A DNA stretch of 64,000 nt from Merdibacter massiliensis (GCF_900155395.1 NZ_LT699727.1:274173-338172); one strand, 5' to 3'. Counted from the first letter of the stretch, positions 18,785-29,475 are shown. Numbers and translations are program-made. Notes: generated by a model from the letters alone, not told the origin.

Positions 18785-19885
18785 TTACTTTTTCTTTGGT
18801 TGATGTTCCTTATATACCTTTGTATAAAAATCCCGCCAAATTTGCAGTACATGTTCTTTACTATAAAACTGCGCAATTTTCTTTGACTCCTGCTGCCATT
18901 TTTTATACTCTTGCGGATCCGCTTTTAACGTTCGTAAAGCACGAACAAACTGGGCATTGTCTTTTCCTTTCACATAATGATGGAATAAGATGTCTTCATA
19001 TAATTCTAAATCTCGCAAAACCAATGGCCGCCCTACATTGACTGCTTCTAGAATAGACATAGGAAACAGTTCATTGTAAGAAGGCATGAATAAAACATCC
19101 GCAATGTTAAAAATATCATTCATCTGTGAACGTGGAATGATATCCAAAAATTTTACATTTGCGGGTGGATTTTCCATGACTTGTGTTAATTCACGATATC
19201 CATCCGTAATAACTCCAAATGAAAAACCTCCAGCCCACAAAAACGTAATATCCGGCATTTGTTTTGCTACTTCAACAAAATCTAAAACACCTTTGCGTGT
19301 CTGCACCTGTCCCACTCCAAGTACGACAAAAGCATCTTCTGCAATTCCATACTGTCTTCGCAGAGCCGCCTGATCTTCCTTATTTTTTTCAAAAAACTGT
19401 TCATTGCTGACATAATTGGGAATGTACACCATCTTATTTTTATCAATATGGTAACGTTCCAATTCTTTCATAAAAATTGGATTTACAACGATCAAATAAT
19501 CCGCGCTGCGGTAAAACGATGTTACATATTTCTTAAACACGCCAAAAAAAGCCTTTGGTATCTTGATGCTGCCATCTAAAGTATCCGGCAGAAAATGACA
19601 ATATGCCACATTAGCTGCTTTCGATGTTTTCATTTTTACAAAAAAATTAGGATTGATCGTATGAAAATGATTGATATCGGCTTTACAGTGTGCATTGATA
19701 CGCACATCAAATAAATCCGAAGCGCCTTCTTTCACTAACTGTACTTGTTCTTCATAAGCGCTACCAACACCTTGCCCGGCTACTTTATCAGCAGTGGACA
19801 ACATATTGATGATAATTCGATTATCCAATTTAAATTCCTCCCTATGCTGATCCATACTAGATCGAACATCTTGACTCTTATTCAT
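18785..19885 (-). CDS. GT4 glycosyltransferase, CpoA-like (diglycosyl-diacylglycerol synthase-like)
   Basis: GT4 fold, size about 366 aa, in operon with the second GT4 and flippase-like gene. Confidence 0.75.
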   Translation of the reverse strand: MNKSQDVRSSMDQHREEFKLDNRIIINMLSTADKVAGQGVGSAYEEQVQLVKEGASDLFDVRINAHCKADINHFHTINPNFFVKMKTSKAANVAYCHFLPDTLDGSIKIPKAFFGVFKKYVTSFYRSADYLIVVNPIFMKELERYHIDKNKMVYIPNYVSNEQFFEKNKEDQAALRRQYGIAEDAFVVLGVGQVQTRKGVLDFVEVAKQMPDITFLWAGGFSFGVITDGYRELTQVMENPPANVKFLDIIPRSQMNDIFNIADVLFMPSYNELFPMSILEAVNVGRPLVLRDLELYEDILFHHYVKGKDNAQFVRALRTLKADPQEYKKWQQESKKIAQFYSKEHVLQIWRDFYTKVYKEHQPKKK

Positions 19886-19974
19886 TATAACAATTCCTTT
19901 CTATTATAGCAATTCATCCCTATGAAATCACCCTTTGTGACAAAAAGGAAAGGATACATAAAAAAAACAGTGGT

Positions 19975-20562
19975 CTATGACTCACTGTTACGAAATGTAA
20001 TTTCACCTGTTTCAGGATTCATGCTTTCTACGATAGCCAATGATTCCACTCGATAACCTTTTGAGCGTAAACGGTCGCCGCCTTCCTGAAATCCTTTTTC
20101 AACTGCAATTCCGATTCCTTCTACTGTTCCTTTTGCTTGATTTACTAAATCAATCAATCCTTCCAATGCACAACCATTTGCCAAAAAATCATCAATGATC
20201 ATGACATGATCTTCTGCATTGAGATATTGTTTGGACACAACCACATTGTTATCACAATTATGTGTATAAGAATGAATGACTGTACTATATACATCATCTG
20301 AAATATTACTAGATTTCGATTTTTTTGCAAATACCACCGGTACATTTAAATGCAGTCCGGCAATGATTGCAATTCCGATACCGCTTGCTTCAATCGTCAA
20401 GATCTTATTGATCGGTGTTCCTTCATATAGACGCTTGAACTCTTTTCCCATTTCATAAAAGAACGGAACATCCATTTGATGATTCAAAAAACTGTCGACC
20501 TTTAAAACATTGCCTTCTTTTACTACACCATCCTTACGGATACGATCTTCCAATAACTTCAT
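19975..20562 (-). CDS. xpt: Xanthine phosphoribosyltransferase
   Basis: [14 protein letters not shown]...PRPP-binding [11 protein letters not shown]. Confidence 0.9.
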   Translation of the reverse strand: MKLLEDRIRKDGVVKEGNVLKVDSFLNHQMDVPFFYEMGKEFKRLYEGTPINKILTIEASGIGIAIIAGLHLNVPVVFAKKSKSSNISDDVYSTVIHSYTHNCDNNVVVSKQYLNAEDHVMIIDDFLANGCALEGLIDLVNQAKGTVEGIGIAVEKGFQEGGDRLRSKGYRVESLAIVESMNPETGEITFRNSES

Positions 20563-20588
20563 ACACTCTTCTCCTTTATGTAACAGAT

Positions 20589-20597
20589 ATTATAGCA
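20589..20597 (-). promoter_or_regulatory. Extended -10 promoter (TGcTATAAT) for xpt; short leader, no purine riboswitch
   Basis: Read directly about 25 nt upstream of RBS. Confidence 0.45.
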
Positions 20598-21097
20598 GAT
20601 TAAAATATATTTTCTATCAAAAATTCAAACATTTTAATTTATTTCAGAATCAGTGAAAGATAGCATTCATCCAAATATCTGTATTACTTCTTATCATCTC
20701 ATAACACAACCCCGCTTCTGTTCATTATCTCTCTTTATCAAGCACATTTAATAGCTGTCATCCAAAATTATCTTATACTATTGCAGGATATGAACAAAAA
20801 ATATCTTCTAATGCAAAGAGTAAATAGTTTCTTCTTGCACAATTAATGTTTTTTATGTAGCTTTTCAAATTCCCCTTTTATACTAAGTATTTCTTTTTTA
20901 TTAATAAGATAGTACCTTACAAACAGAAACGTACAGTAAGATAATAAGCAATCCATAAATTTAAGAATTTCTCTTTTAATAACACTTTCAAATTTATCAA
21001 AAAAAGATGTCTTTTTAATAACACAGAAAACATCTGTACATACATATCACGCGATAATATTAATTAACAAAGTATCTTAATTACAATGATGATATAA

Positions 21098-21550
21098 TTA
21101 TTTTTCTAAAAATGTCAGCAATGCTTGACATCCTTGCATGATCTGCTCATAAGTGATATCAAAATCTCCAGTATACCAAGGATCATCGATCTCTTTGGGG
21201 AACTCTGTAAAATCGAGTATACGACGTATCTTTTGTTTTGGATCCCCTCCAGCAATACGCAGCATATTGCGTATGTTGACACTTTCCATCCCAATCAACA
21301 AGTCATAGTTTTCATAATCTTGTTTTGTCATCTGTCTCGCACGATGATCATCAAACGGTATCCCCATCTCTCTTAGTTTTTTCTTTGTACCATAATGTAT
21401 ACTATTACCAATTTCTTCCCGGCTGGTTGCGGCAGAATCCACCGTTATTTTATCCGAAAGACCTGCTTCATTTATTAAATATTGCATCACATATTGAGCC
21501 ATTGGGCTCCTGCAGATATTGCCGTGGCAAACGAAAAGTATCTTTATCAT
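21098..21550 (-). CDS. Low-molecular-weight protein-tyrosine phosphatase
   Basis: CHGNICRS P-loop (CX5R) at N-terminus; DPWY motif; start MIKILFV with RBS AAGGAG. Confidence 0.85.
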   Translation of the reverse strand: MIKILFVCHGNICRSPMAQYVMQYLINEAGLSDKITVDSAATSREEIGNSIHYGTKKKLREMGIPFDDHRARQMTKQDYENYDLLIGMESVNIRNMLRIAGGDPKQKIRRILDFTEFPKEIDDPWYTGDFDITYEQIMQGCQALLTFLEK

Positions 21551-22117
21551 ATCCAAAATCTCCTTTAAAAAACTCACTTTATTTAATGTAATCCATACTC
21601 TGGAATACCTCAATAGAGGTATTTATACTGATGATTCTATAACTATACATAACTCTGCTTATTTTATCAACCGTTTATGGCGCACCCGAAGGATTTATGA
21701 TAGACAGTTTGAATGATACAACGTATTTTCTCGTATGGAACTCTAACAGGGTCTCTCTTTCATCCTCAAATAAAAATATGCCTCTCACTCAAAACATCCA
21801 TGCTCATCATAAAACAAAAGGATTGCTTTATTTGTAATCCGTCTATTTTGCAGCGCATCTCCTGTATCTCTATTTATTCTTGCAAGATGTTTGGTCTGCA
21901 CGTACCTGTATACGATCATTCGATAAAAATAGGATACTTTATCTGTCGTGTCAAAAGAGACAATTATGAAAATAAAAGGCTAAATGACATCTCATTCTGT
22001 ACTGGCATATACTTCAAAAAATTTTTAAAATTACTTTAACAAAATCGCTCTTACGATCATCTTGATGATTGACACCTGAATGAACTGATATTTCTATCCT
22101 TCACGATAGGATTCAAG

Positions 22118-22918
22118 TTATATATACAAATCCTTCTTGCAAAATGCCGCTGTACCGATGGAATAAAATACAAAAGCAGCCATCAGTAAAAATATAATTT
22201 TCAACAAGACATTGCTTTCAAACGCAATCAGTTCATTTGGATCAAAAAGGGTAAAAATAGATAGATATTTCATATATCCTATACCGCTACCTGCACTTGC
22301 AAGCATTTGAAACACATACATGATGGTTGGTATGCCCGCACCAAACAGCACGCTAAATTTCGTTTCTGAAAAAATACAAGAAGCACCAAAGCAAATTCCT
22401 CCAATTGAGAAATGCAAAAAAAGCAGGCCCAAATTTAGGATCATCAATTCAGAAAATTGCAGCTGTCCTGGAAATAATATTTGTGCAACGACAATTTCCA
22501 CTACTGTAGTGTAAGCAATTAAGATTATGATTCCGCTAACGAGAACCGACAATTGTGTCATTGCAATTGTACGCCGCTTGATCGGTGCACCAACCAAATA
22601 TACCATCGAACCTGTATCGATATATTTTGCCACTAATCCATGTCCTCGCAAAATGCTGAATAACATAGGAAATATGAGCAAAATAAAACCATAGAGATAA
22701 GAAACCATAAATCCTAACAGATCTGCAGCTCCAGATGTCATCCCAACTGCTGCCATTATTTCCGGCATTGCTTCTATAAAGCTGTCTAGCATCTCCATTG
22801 TTGCAGGATTATAAAGACTTATGATGCAGGAGACATACATTGTTATGATTGCACCAAAAATAAGAAGAAGTTTGATGCTGACTTTCATTTCTCTTTTATA
22901 TAATGCCCAATTAATCAT
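22118..22918 (-). CDS. ABC-2 type transporter permease
   Basis: 6 TM segments; start ATG overlaps stop of upstream ATPase (ATGATTAA). Confidence 0.7.
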   Translation of the reverse strand: MINWALYKREMKVSIKLLLIFGAIITMYVSCIISLYNPATMEMLDSFIEAMPEIMAAVGMTSGAADLLGFMVSYLYGFILLIFPMLFSILRGHGLVAKYIDTGSMVYLVGAPIKRRTIAMTQLSVLVSGIIILIAYTTVVEIVVAQILFPGQLQFSELMILNLGLLFLHFSIGGICFGASCIFSETKFSVLFGAGIPTIMYVFQMLASAGSGIGYMKYLSIFTLFDPNELIAFESNVLLKIIFLLMAAFVFYSIGTAAFCKKDLYI

Positions 22919-23729
22919 CCTTATCCCCTCCATAGTAACTCATAAAGATGTCTTCTAAGTTCAGTTTAGCCGATACAGTAACACACAGGCCATCCTGAAT
23001 ACCATCAAAATCTTTTGCAAAATCTTTTGCTAACTGTTCTGTTTGGAGGTTCACGCTATAGGAACGAAGATGTTGTTTCCGCAATGATTCTACTGTGTCC
23101 ACTGTGACCATCCGTCCATGGCGAATCATCCCTATCCGATCACAAGTGCGTTCTACTTCCTCAAAGATATGGCTGGATAAAATAATCGTTTTTCCGCGTT
23201 TCTTCTCTTCTTTTATGAGATCCACAAATTTATTTTGCATCAAAGGATCTAATCCGCTAGTAGGTTCATCAAGAATAAGAACTTGGGGATCATGCATAAA
23301 TGCAGCAACGATTGCTAATTTTTGTTTTGTACCTTTGCTCATTTTCTTGATTTTCATATTCGGATTCAGTTCAAATCGTTTTAACAGCTCCTGCTGGCGG
23401 CTTTTCTTAGCAATGCTGCGATACTGCTCGATAAATCTCAAAAAGTCTGTCCCGCTCATATCTTCAAAAAATGATGTTTCCCCGGGGACATAGCCAATCT
23501 TTTTTTGTACTTGATCTCTTTTATCCCAACAATCCAGATTTTCAATTTCACACGCACCGGTTTGCGGTTTAAGAAATCCCATAAGATGACGAATAACAGT
23601 CGTTTTCCCAGCTCCATTAGGTCCAAGAAACCCAAATGCTTCTCCTTGTTCGATCGAAAAGGAAACATCAAAGACCCCCTTATCATTGCCATAATCTCGA
23701 GTCAATTTTTTAACCACAATCATGCTCAT
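22911..23729 (-). CDS. ABC transporter ATP-binding protein
   Basis: Walker A GPNGAGKTT, signature MSKGTKQKL, Walker B ILILDEPTSGLD. Confidence 0.9.
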   Translation of the reverse strand: MSMIVVKKLTRDYGNDKGVFDVSFSIEQGEAFGFLGPNGAGKTTVIRHLMGFLKPQTGACEIENLDCWDKRDQVQKKIGYVPGETSFFEDMSGTDFLRFIEQYRSIAKKSRQQELLKRFELNPNMKIKKMSKGTKQKLAIVAAFMHDPQVLILDEPTSGLDPLMQNKFVDLIKEEKKRGKTIILSSHIFEEVERTCDRIGMIRHGRMVTVDTVESLRKQHLRSYSVNLQTEQLAKDFAKDFDGIQDGLCVTVSAKLNLEDIFMSYYGGDKDD

Positions 23730-23795
23730 GCGTGATCCTCCTTTTATCATTCCTATCCAAAACAGCTCTTCTTCTCATATTCCCTATTGAAACGA

Positions 23796-24404
23796 TCAGT
23801 ATCCCAAATCTTCTTTCACTAATATGATTTCATATTCACCAGACATCGGTTTTTCCCATAACACTGCCAAACCTCTGCAGATACGCTGCGGACTTTTACA
23901 ATCATAACAGCGGTCCGCCTTGATCGCACAAGGGGTATCCACGCCTAAACGTTTTGCATTTTTCGGAGCAGCAATATTTCTAGCACGATACAATGCATGT
24001 TCATAGTCTGCTTCGATCTTATTCATTCCAATGACCAGATACACTTTTTTGTGCCCATAAAATATAGATGCAACCCGATTGCAGGTTCCATCGATGTTTA
24101 CAATTTCCCCGTTTTGTGAAACAGCATTGACAGAAGAAAGATAAATGTCAGCCGTAGAAGCTTTTTTTCTCAGTTCATCTATTGACATTCCTTTTCCTGC
24201 ACGATGATGCCAATAGACTTTATTATGTTTGATCAAACGATCATAGATCCCTATTTGATCCAATGTCACAGAGCCAGCAAAGCCTACGCTTTGTTGATCG
24301 ATCACAGAATCCAAATAATCTGCTGCCTCGCTCCCTGTATCAAAACAATGTACCTCATAACCTAATGCATGCAAGTTGTGTTCTAACCTTATCATGTCTA
24401 TCAT
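23796..24404 (-). CDS. LUD-domain (DUF162, lactate-utilisation LutC-like) protein
   Basis: SVNAVSQNGEIVNIDGTCNRV...VYLVIGMNKI pattern resembles LUD domain. Confidence 0.5.
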   Translation of the reverse strand: MIDMIRLEHNLHALGYEVHCFDTGSEAADYLDSVIDQQSVGFAGSVTLDQIGIYDRLIKHNKVYWHHRAGKGMSIDELRKKASTADIYLSSVNAVSQNGEIVNIDGTCNRVASIFYGHKKVYLVIGMNKIEADYEHALYRARNIAAPKNAKRLGVDTPCAIKADRCYDCKSPQRICRGLAVLWEKPMSGEYEIILVKEDLGY

Positions 24405-24496
24405 ATACGAATTCCCGCCCTTTCTTCTTTTAGTATAACATGCATGATTAAAAAACCGCTGAATCTTTCAGCGGTCACATCTACTATTTGTCATGA

Positions 24497-24853
24497 TCAA
24501 TCTTCTTCTGGCAATATCAAACGGGAGATAGATAAGGCAATATCCATATATCCTTTTCTTTTTCCTTGAGGAATCTGGCGATACGCATCAATCAATTTTG
24601 ATTCATCTTTATTCAGATAAATAGCAGCTTGATCTTCTTTTAAACAGAACACTTGATCTAAACTGATTTCTAAGATGACTGCCATCCGTGCCATCACATC
24701 ATACGATGGTGCAATCTTGCCGCTTGCATAATCGGAAATTGTTCGCTGAGATACACCAATTGCACTTCCTAATTGTTCTTGTGTAATCCCTTTTCTGCGC
24801 ATCTGTGTTGCTATTGCATTTGCTAAACGCTTGCCGTAATCTTTCTTATCCAT
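24497..24853 (-). CDS. XRE-family HTH transcriptional regulator
   Basis: ITQEQLGSAIGVSQRTISDYASGK HTH_3 motif. Confidence 0.7.
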   Translation of the reverse strand: MDKKDYGKRLANAIATQMRRKGITQEQLGSAIGVSQRTISDYASGKIAPSYDVMARMAVILEISLDQVFCLKEDQAAIYLNKDESKLIDAYRQIPQGKRKGYMDIALSISRLILPEED

Positions 24854-25008
24854 AATACCTCTCATTTACGAGTATTATAAGACAGCTTTCCTCTAGAAAT
24901 TATTTATTAGTGGTGCATCCACTAAATCAGTAAAATAGTGGTTATTCTGTCCTGTTATTTTTTTGATATATGCTATAATAGACAAAAATATAAAGGAGGC
25001 GACGAAAT

Positions 25009-25818
25009 ATGATCGATGGTCATGTTCATTTAGAAAATGGAGATCTCAGTGTAGAATATGCGATGCAGTTCGTACATGCAGCAGTGGAAAAAGGTATTGA
25101 TACCCTGCAAATATTAGATCACACTCACCGTTTTATCGAATTTTCACCTATGTATGATGGAGTACGTCATAGTTCTGCTTTACAAGCAGAGTGGCTGATG
25201 AAAAAAATAAAAGATCCCATTTCAAAATATCATCAACTCATCGAAGAGATGAAACAAATGGATCTTCCGATTCAAGTGCGTTTTGGTTTAGAAGTATGCT
25301 ATACACCTCAATCAGAAGATTTTTTAAGAGAAATCCTGTCCCAATATCCTTATGACTTTTTAGTCGGCAGTGTACACTCCATTGATGGAATTCTTTATGA
25401 TATGCCTTTTTCAAAAGAATTGCTTTGGGACGTGCAAGATCCAGATCAAATTTACAAACGATATTACACGTTAGTGGAACAGGCTATGCAAAGTTCTCTC
25501 TTTACACAGATTGGTCATCCGGATACCATCAAGCTGTTCGATATCTATCCATCTTATGATCTCATGCCTACATATACACATTTAGCAAAACTCGCGGCAC
25601 AAAAAGGGATCCAGATGGAAAATAATACCGGTTGTTATTATCGTTACCACACAAAAGATATAGGGTTAAGTGATGATTTCATACGGGCTTTGATCAAGGA
25701 AAAAGCAAACATCATTACCGCATCCGATGCGCATTATCCCGATCATGTTGGCAATTATATAAAAGAAGCTACTCAACATATACAGGAAATAAAAAATCAA
25801 TATTCATTTATTTCATAA
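25009..25818 (+). CDS. PHP-family histidinol-phosphatase-like hydrolase
   Basis: MIDGHVHLE...LDHTHRF PHP metal-binding histidines. Confidence 0.75.
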   Translation: MIDGHVHLENGDLSVEYAMQFVHAAVEKGIDTLQILDHTHRFIEFSPMYDGVRHSSALQAEWLMKKIKDPISKYHQLIEEMKQMDLPIQVRFGLEVCYTPQSEDFLREILSQYPYDFLVGSVHSIDGILYDMPFSKELLWDVQDPDQIYKRYYTLVEQAMQSSLFTQIGHPDTIKLFDIYPSYDLMPTYTHLAKLAAQKGIQMENNTGCYYRYHTKDIGLSDDFIRALIKEKANIITASDAHYPDHVGNYIKEATQHIQEIKNQYSFIS

Positions 25819-27047
25819 TGCTGAAATTGCAGACGGCGCTCTACAGGAATTTTTCCTTGCAGATAAATGCCATCTGCTTTTTCTTTACGATCATAGACAG
25901 CAACATAATGATAAAAGGATGAAAGCAGCTGCTGTTGATCATATGGGAATTTCCATTGCAAAGATAAACTATCTTGCCACTGTTTTTGATCTAAAGCTTC
26001 TAATAACAATTCCATCCCTTCATTCTGTAATGCACTAAGAAATAACTTATCCTCTTTTTGTTCGATCACAAGATCCTTGCAGCGATCTATTTTATTATAA
26101 ATTTCCAAAGAAGGAACATCTCCACAGTGAATACGGCGCAGCGTTTCGATCGTCACTTTTCTTTTTTCTGCAAACTGCGGATCACTGGCATCGATGACGT
26201 GCAACAGTAAATCTGCATCCATTGCTTCTTTTAAGGTCGCATCAAATGCATCTAATAAAGCATCCGGCATCTGTTCTAAAAAACCGACCGTATCGCTTAA
26301 TAAAAAAGGAGTATGTCCTTTCACATGGATCAAACGCACATTCGTATCTAAAGTAGCGAACAGCATATCCTTTTCCAATACCTTTTTTTCTGTTTTTTGA
26401 TTGCTCATTTCTAATAAACGATTGAGGATCGTAGATTTTCCCGCATTCGTATAGCCAATCAGAGCTATTTTTTTCAATATGCTTTGTTGTCGTGAGCGCC
26501 GCTGTGTTTGTTTTTTGGATTGGATCTGTTTCAATTCCTGACGCAAAGAGCGAATCTGTTTCTGCAACAGTCGTTTATCCAGCGCAAGTTGCTGTTCCCC
26601 TTTTCCTTTATTTCTGCCGCCTGCTTGCCGGCTCCAATGATCAGAGGAATGAATCAAACGTGGAAGTGCATATTGACATAGTGCCATCTGCACTTGAATC
26701 CTCGCTTCCTTCGTTCTTGCCCGGCGCTCAAATATCTGCAAGATCAGTTCGGTTCGGTCAATGACCGTGCAAGAAAGCGCCTTTTCTAAATGGTGCAATT
26801 GAGAGGGAGTGCATTCATGCAATAAAACAACTGCTTGTACATTCATCTCTTCTATTCGTTCTTTGATTTCCAGCAAACGTCCGCTTCCAAAATAAGTAGC
26901 AGGATGCCTTGTTGTCATTTTTTGCGATATCCGATCCACCACTTCCATATCACAAGCGTTTGACAACCCTTCTAATTCTTCCATCTGTCGTTGAAAATCC
27001 ATATTATTCTGTTCCCAGACACCTGCAATCAATACACGTTGTTTCAT
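25797..27047 (-). CDS. hflX: GTPase HflX
   Basis: HflX N-domain plus G-domain GYTNAGKST, DTVGF. Confidence 0.9.
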   Translation of the reverse strand: MKQRVLIAGVWEQNNMDFQRQMEELEGLSNACDMEVVDRISQKMTTRHPATYFGSGRLLEIKERIEEMNVQAVVLLHECTPSQLHHLEKALSCTVIDRTELILQIFERRARTKEARIQVQMALCQYALPRLIHSSDHWSRQAGGRNKGKGEQQLALDKRLLQKQIRSLRQELKQIQSKKQTQRRSRQQSILKKIALIGYTNAGKSTILNRLLEMSNQKTEKKVLEKDMLFATLDTNVRLIHVKGHTPFLLSDTVGFLEQMPDALLDAFDATLKEAMDADLLLHVIDASDPQFAEKRKVTIETLRRIHCGDVPSLEIYNKIDRCKDLVIEQKEDKLFLSALQNEGMELLLEALDQKQWQDSLSLQWKFPYDQQQLLSSFYHYVAVYDRKEKADGIYLQGKIPVERRLQFQHYEINEY

Positions 27048-27144
27048 TCCGCATACCTCTCATTTCTTATTTTATTATATCGAATCTGATGATAATGTCT
27101 ATACACAACTATTTTTATACATAGAATGAAATGAGGTGAAACCC

Positions 27145-27735
27145 ATGGCAATTAAAATATTTATAGACGCAGGCCATAATCCCGGATCGATCAATGCAGG
27201 TGCAGTTGTAAACGGCATTGAAGAACAATCCATTAATTATACAGTAACTGCAATGTTAGCAGAACTATTAGAAAGTGATTGTCGATTCGCTGTTCGTATA
27301 TCCAGAATGTTTCCGCAACAAGTAATTGGAACTGATACAGCTTCTTCTCTTTCTCAACGAGTGGAAATGGCAAATGCATGGAAAGCAGACTACTTCTTTT
27401 CCATTCATTGCAACTACAATAATGATCCAAATATAAATGGCAGTGAAATTTACGTTTATGCACAAAATTCAATTGCGTGGCAAATGGCAAACACGATATT
27501 GCCCATCTTATGTTTGAATGCAGGTACCAAAGATCATCGCGTACGAACGAATCCTGCTCTTTATGTATTACGGAAGACCACAATGCCAGCTTTGTTGTTT
27601 GAACTTGGCTATATGACAAATACAGAGGATCTAGACAAATTAGTTTCTGATCCCTTTGCATTTGCTTATGGTATATATAATGGTCTCTTATATTATTTTT
27701 TACATGTCAATACGATCAATTACTCATGTTTTTGA
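27145..27735 (+). CDS. N-acetylmuramoyl-L-alanine amidase (Amidase_3 family)
   Basis: IFIDAGHN...SIHCN...E motif set of Amidase_3; start at MAIKIF with RBS AGGTGA. Confidence 0.8.
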   Translation: MAIKIFIDAGHNPGSINAGAVVNGIEEQSINYTVTAMLAELLESDCRFAVRISRMFPQQVIGTDTASSLSQRVEMANAWKADYFFSIHCNYNNDPNINGSEIYVYAQNSIAWQMANTILPILCLNAGTKDHRVRTNPALYVLRKTTMPALLFELGYMTNTEDLDKLVSDPFAFAYGIYNGLLYYFLHVNTINYSCF

Positions 27736-27755
27736 CCATGTAAAGAATTTCTCAA

Positions 27756-27800
27756 AATCTTCTCATAAAACAAAAAAAGCCTTTATCCAAGGCTTAATTT
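27756..27800. terminator. Bidirectional terminator (AAGCCTTtatccAAGGCTT with A/T runs) serving amidase (+) and tRNA-Glu (-)
   Basis: Read directly. Confidence 0.6.
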
Positions 27801-27806
27801 ATTTAT

Positions 27807-27882
27807 TGGTGACGCGTACGGGATTCGAACCCGTGAATGCATGCGTGAAAGGCATGTGAGTTAACCGTTTCTCCAACGCGCC
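27807..27882 (-). tRNA. tRNA-Glu (anticodon TTC)
   Basis: Reverse complement GGCGCGTTGGAGAAACGGTTAACTCACATGCCTTTCACGCATGC...GGGTTCGAATCCC...CACCA; promoter TTGCCA-17-TAATAT upstream. Confidence 0.9.
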
Positions 27883-28023
27883 GTGTATATTAAACTCGGT
27901 TACTTCCCGAGTGCTGTTATATATTAACATAAGCATATATCTTTGGCAAGCATTTTTTTAAACTTTTTTAATTTTTTTCACTTTTTTTAAGGCAGGCAGA
28001 AAATCAAAGGTTTTCTGCCTGTC

Positions 28024-28344
28024 TTATTGTTTAATAGCATAAGCGATCGCATACGCTCTTTCATGTGCAATCGATACTTCTATTCCCTGCAGAGAACATA
28101 CGGGTGCTCCCTGGCTGTCTTGTAACACTTCTACATCTAATAAAGTAAGCTCTTTGACACCATGCATTGCTTTGATGATCGCTTCTTTTGCCGCAAAACG
28201 CCCAGCCAACCATTCGGCGCGGCGTTTTCCTTTCAGCTGCAAGAAGATTGCCTGTTCATTCTCAGTCAAAAAATTAGGAAAACCTTTTGACCTTTCTAAC
28301 GCTCGCTGGACACGGGCAATCTCTACGATATCACATCCGATTTT
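28024..28344 (-). CDS. acpS: Holo-[acyl-carrier-protein] synthase
   Basis: MKIGCDIVEIARV...AAKEAIIKA 4'-PPTase motifs; about 107 aa. Confidence 0.85.
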   Translation of the reverse strand, partial: KIGCDIVEIARVQRALERSKGFPNFLTENEQAIFLQLKGKRRAEWLAGRFAAKEAIIKAMHGVKELTLLDVEVLQDSQGAPVCSLQGIEVSIAHERAYAIAYAIKQ

Positions 28345-28357
28345 CATGTGATCTCTC

Positions 28358-29089
28358 CTAGTCAGCCAGGTCAGCTGCACTTTCCAATGCCAGAAGAATC
28401 ATCGCATCAAAAGACTGCTCTCTTTGTTTTGCAGTAGTTTCTTCTCCATTGACCAGGGAATCCGATATTGTCAGTATGCATGCTGCTTGTTTTCCTAATA
28501 CTTTTGCATTATGGAACAATGCAAAGCTTTCCATCTCTACACATACACATCCATGCTCGCGATAAAAATCGGCATAGGTCGGCATGTTCGCTTCTGCATA
28601 AAAGATATCGCTGGAATGGATCCGTGCCAATCGTATTTCTTTATTTAATTTTTTTGCCGCTGTTTGAATCGTCTCATTCAATTCCTTGCTCGGCTCCATG
28701 ATGTCCGTCTTGATCCCTGCCTGTGCCAATGGGAAAGTGGATTCGCTCCATGCACTGTCGGCCAATACCAAATCGAACAGATGCAGATCATCTACATAAG
28801 CTCCTGCGCTACCGATCCGTATGATCTTCTCTACATCATAAAATTTAAACAGCTCATAAGAATAGATACCGATGCTGGCCATTCCCATACCGCTGCCCAT
28901 CACCGACACTCTCTTGCCTTTGTATGTGCCTGTATAACCAAACATGTTTCGTACACTGTTGAATTGTACTGGATTCTCCAAATATGTTTCTGCGATATGT
29001 TTGGCGCGCAATGGATCGCCCGGCATCAATACGATCTTTGCGATCTCTCCTTTTTCTGCTTGATTATGTGCTGTGCTCATAGCATTCAT
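28358..29089 (-). CDS. deoD: Purine nucleoside phosphorylase, DeoD-type
   Basis: KIVLMPGDPLRAKHIAE...VMGSGMGMAS...EMESFAL signature. Confidence 0.9.
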   Translation of the reverse strand: MNAMSTAHNQAEKGEIAKIVLMPGDPLRAKHIAETYLENPVQFNSVRNMFGYTGTYKGKRVSVMGSGMGMASIGIYSYELFKFYDVEKIIRIGSAGAYVDDLHLFDLVLADSAWSESTFPLAQAGIKTDIMEPSKELNETIQTAAKKLNKEIRLARIHSSDIFYAEANMPTYADFYREHGCVCVEMESFALFHNAKVLGKQAACILTISDSLVNGEETTAKQREQSFDAMILLALESAADLAD

Positions 29090-29094
29090 CCTTT

Positions 29095-29475
29095 CTATGC
29101 ATAATCATATTCTTCGATATGATCAACAACTCCAAAATCATTAAATAAACTAACGATACGCTGACATTCCTTTTTATCTTTGGCCTTCTTCATCAAATAC
29201 CAATGTCCATTTTCTTCTTCTATTTCTATATGAAGCACGATTTCTCCTTCGATCCACTTTACACGCAAAGATCGAACAGCACTGCATTTTCCTAATTGTG
29301 TCAACTTCATAAAGGAGAGCTGCTGGTTCCATACTTCATCCAAACAAGTCATCACTGTATTTTTTGAAGGATCCAGCCATTGATGATTGGCAGTGTTCAA
29401 CTGCATCTTGGCATTTTTTACTTTCAGATCTTTTGTTTGGAATAAACCCATGATTCCTTTGCTCAATAAATTCAT
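29095..29475 (-). CDS. Hypothetical protein
   Basis: 126 aa ORF, no recognised motif. Confidence 0.45.
   Translation of the reverse strand: MNLLSKGIMGLFQTKDLKVKNAKMQLNTANHQWLDPSKNTVMTCLDEVWNQQLSFMKLTQLGKCSAVRSLRVKWIEGEIVLHIEIEEENGHWYLMKKAKDKKECQRIVSLFNDFGVVDHIEEYDYA

Noticed and set aside
20563-20700. Possible purine riboswitch upstream of xpt
   Set aside because: An extended -10 promoter sits only about 25 nt upstream of the RBS. No UAUAAU...GUUUCUACC aptamer core is present.
21713-22039. 108-aa plus-strand ORF in intergenic region
   Set aside because: No RBS, Cys/Ile-rich low-complexity. Likely non-coding.
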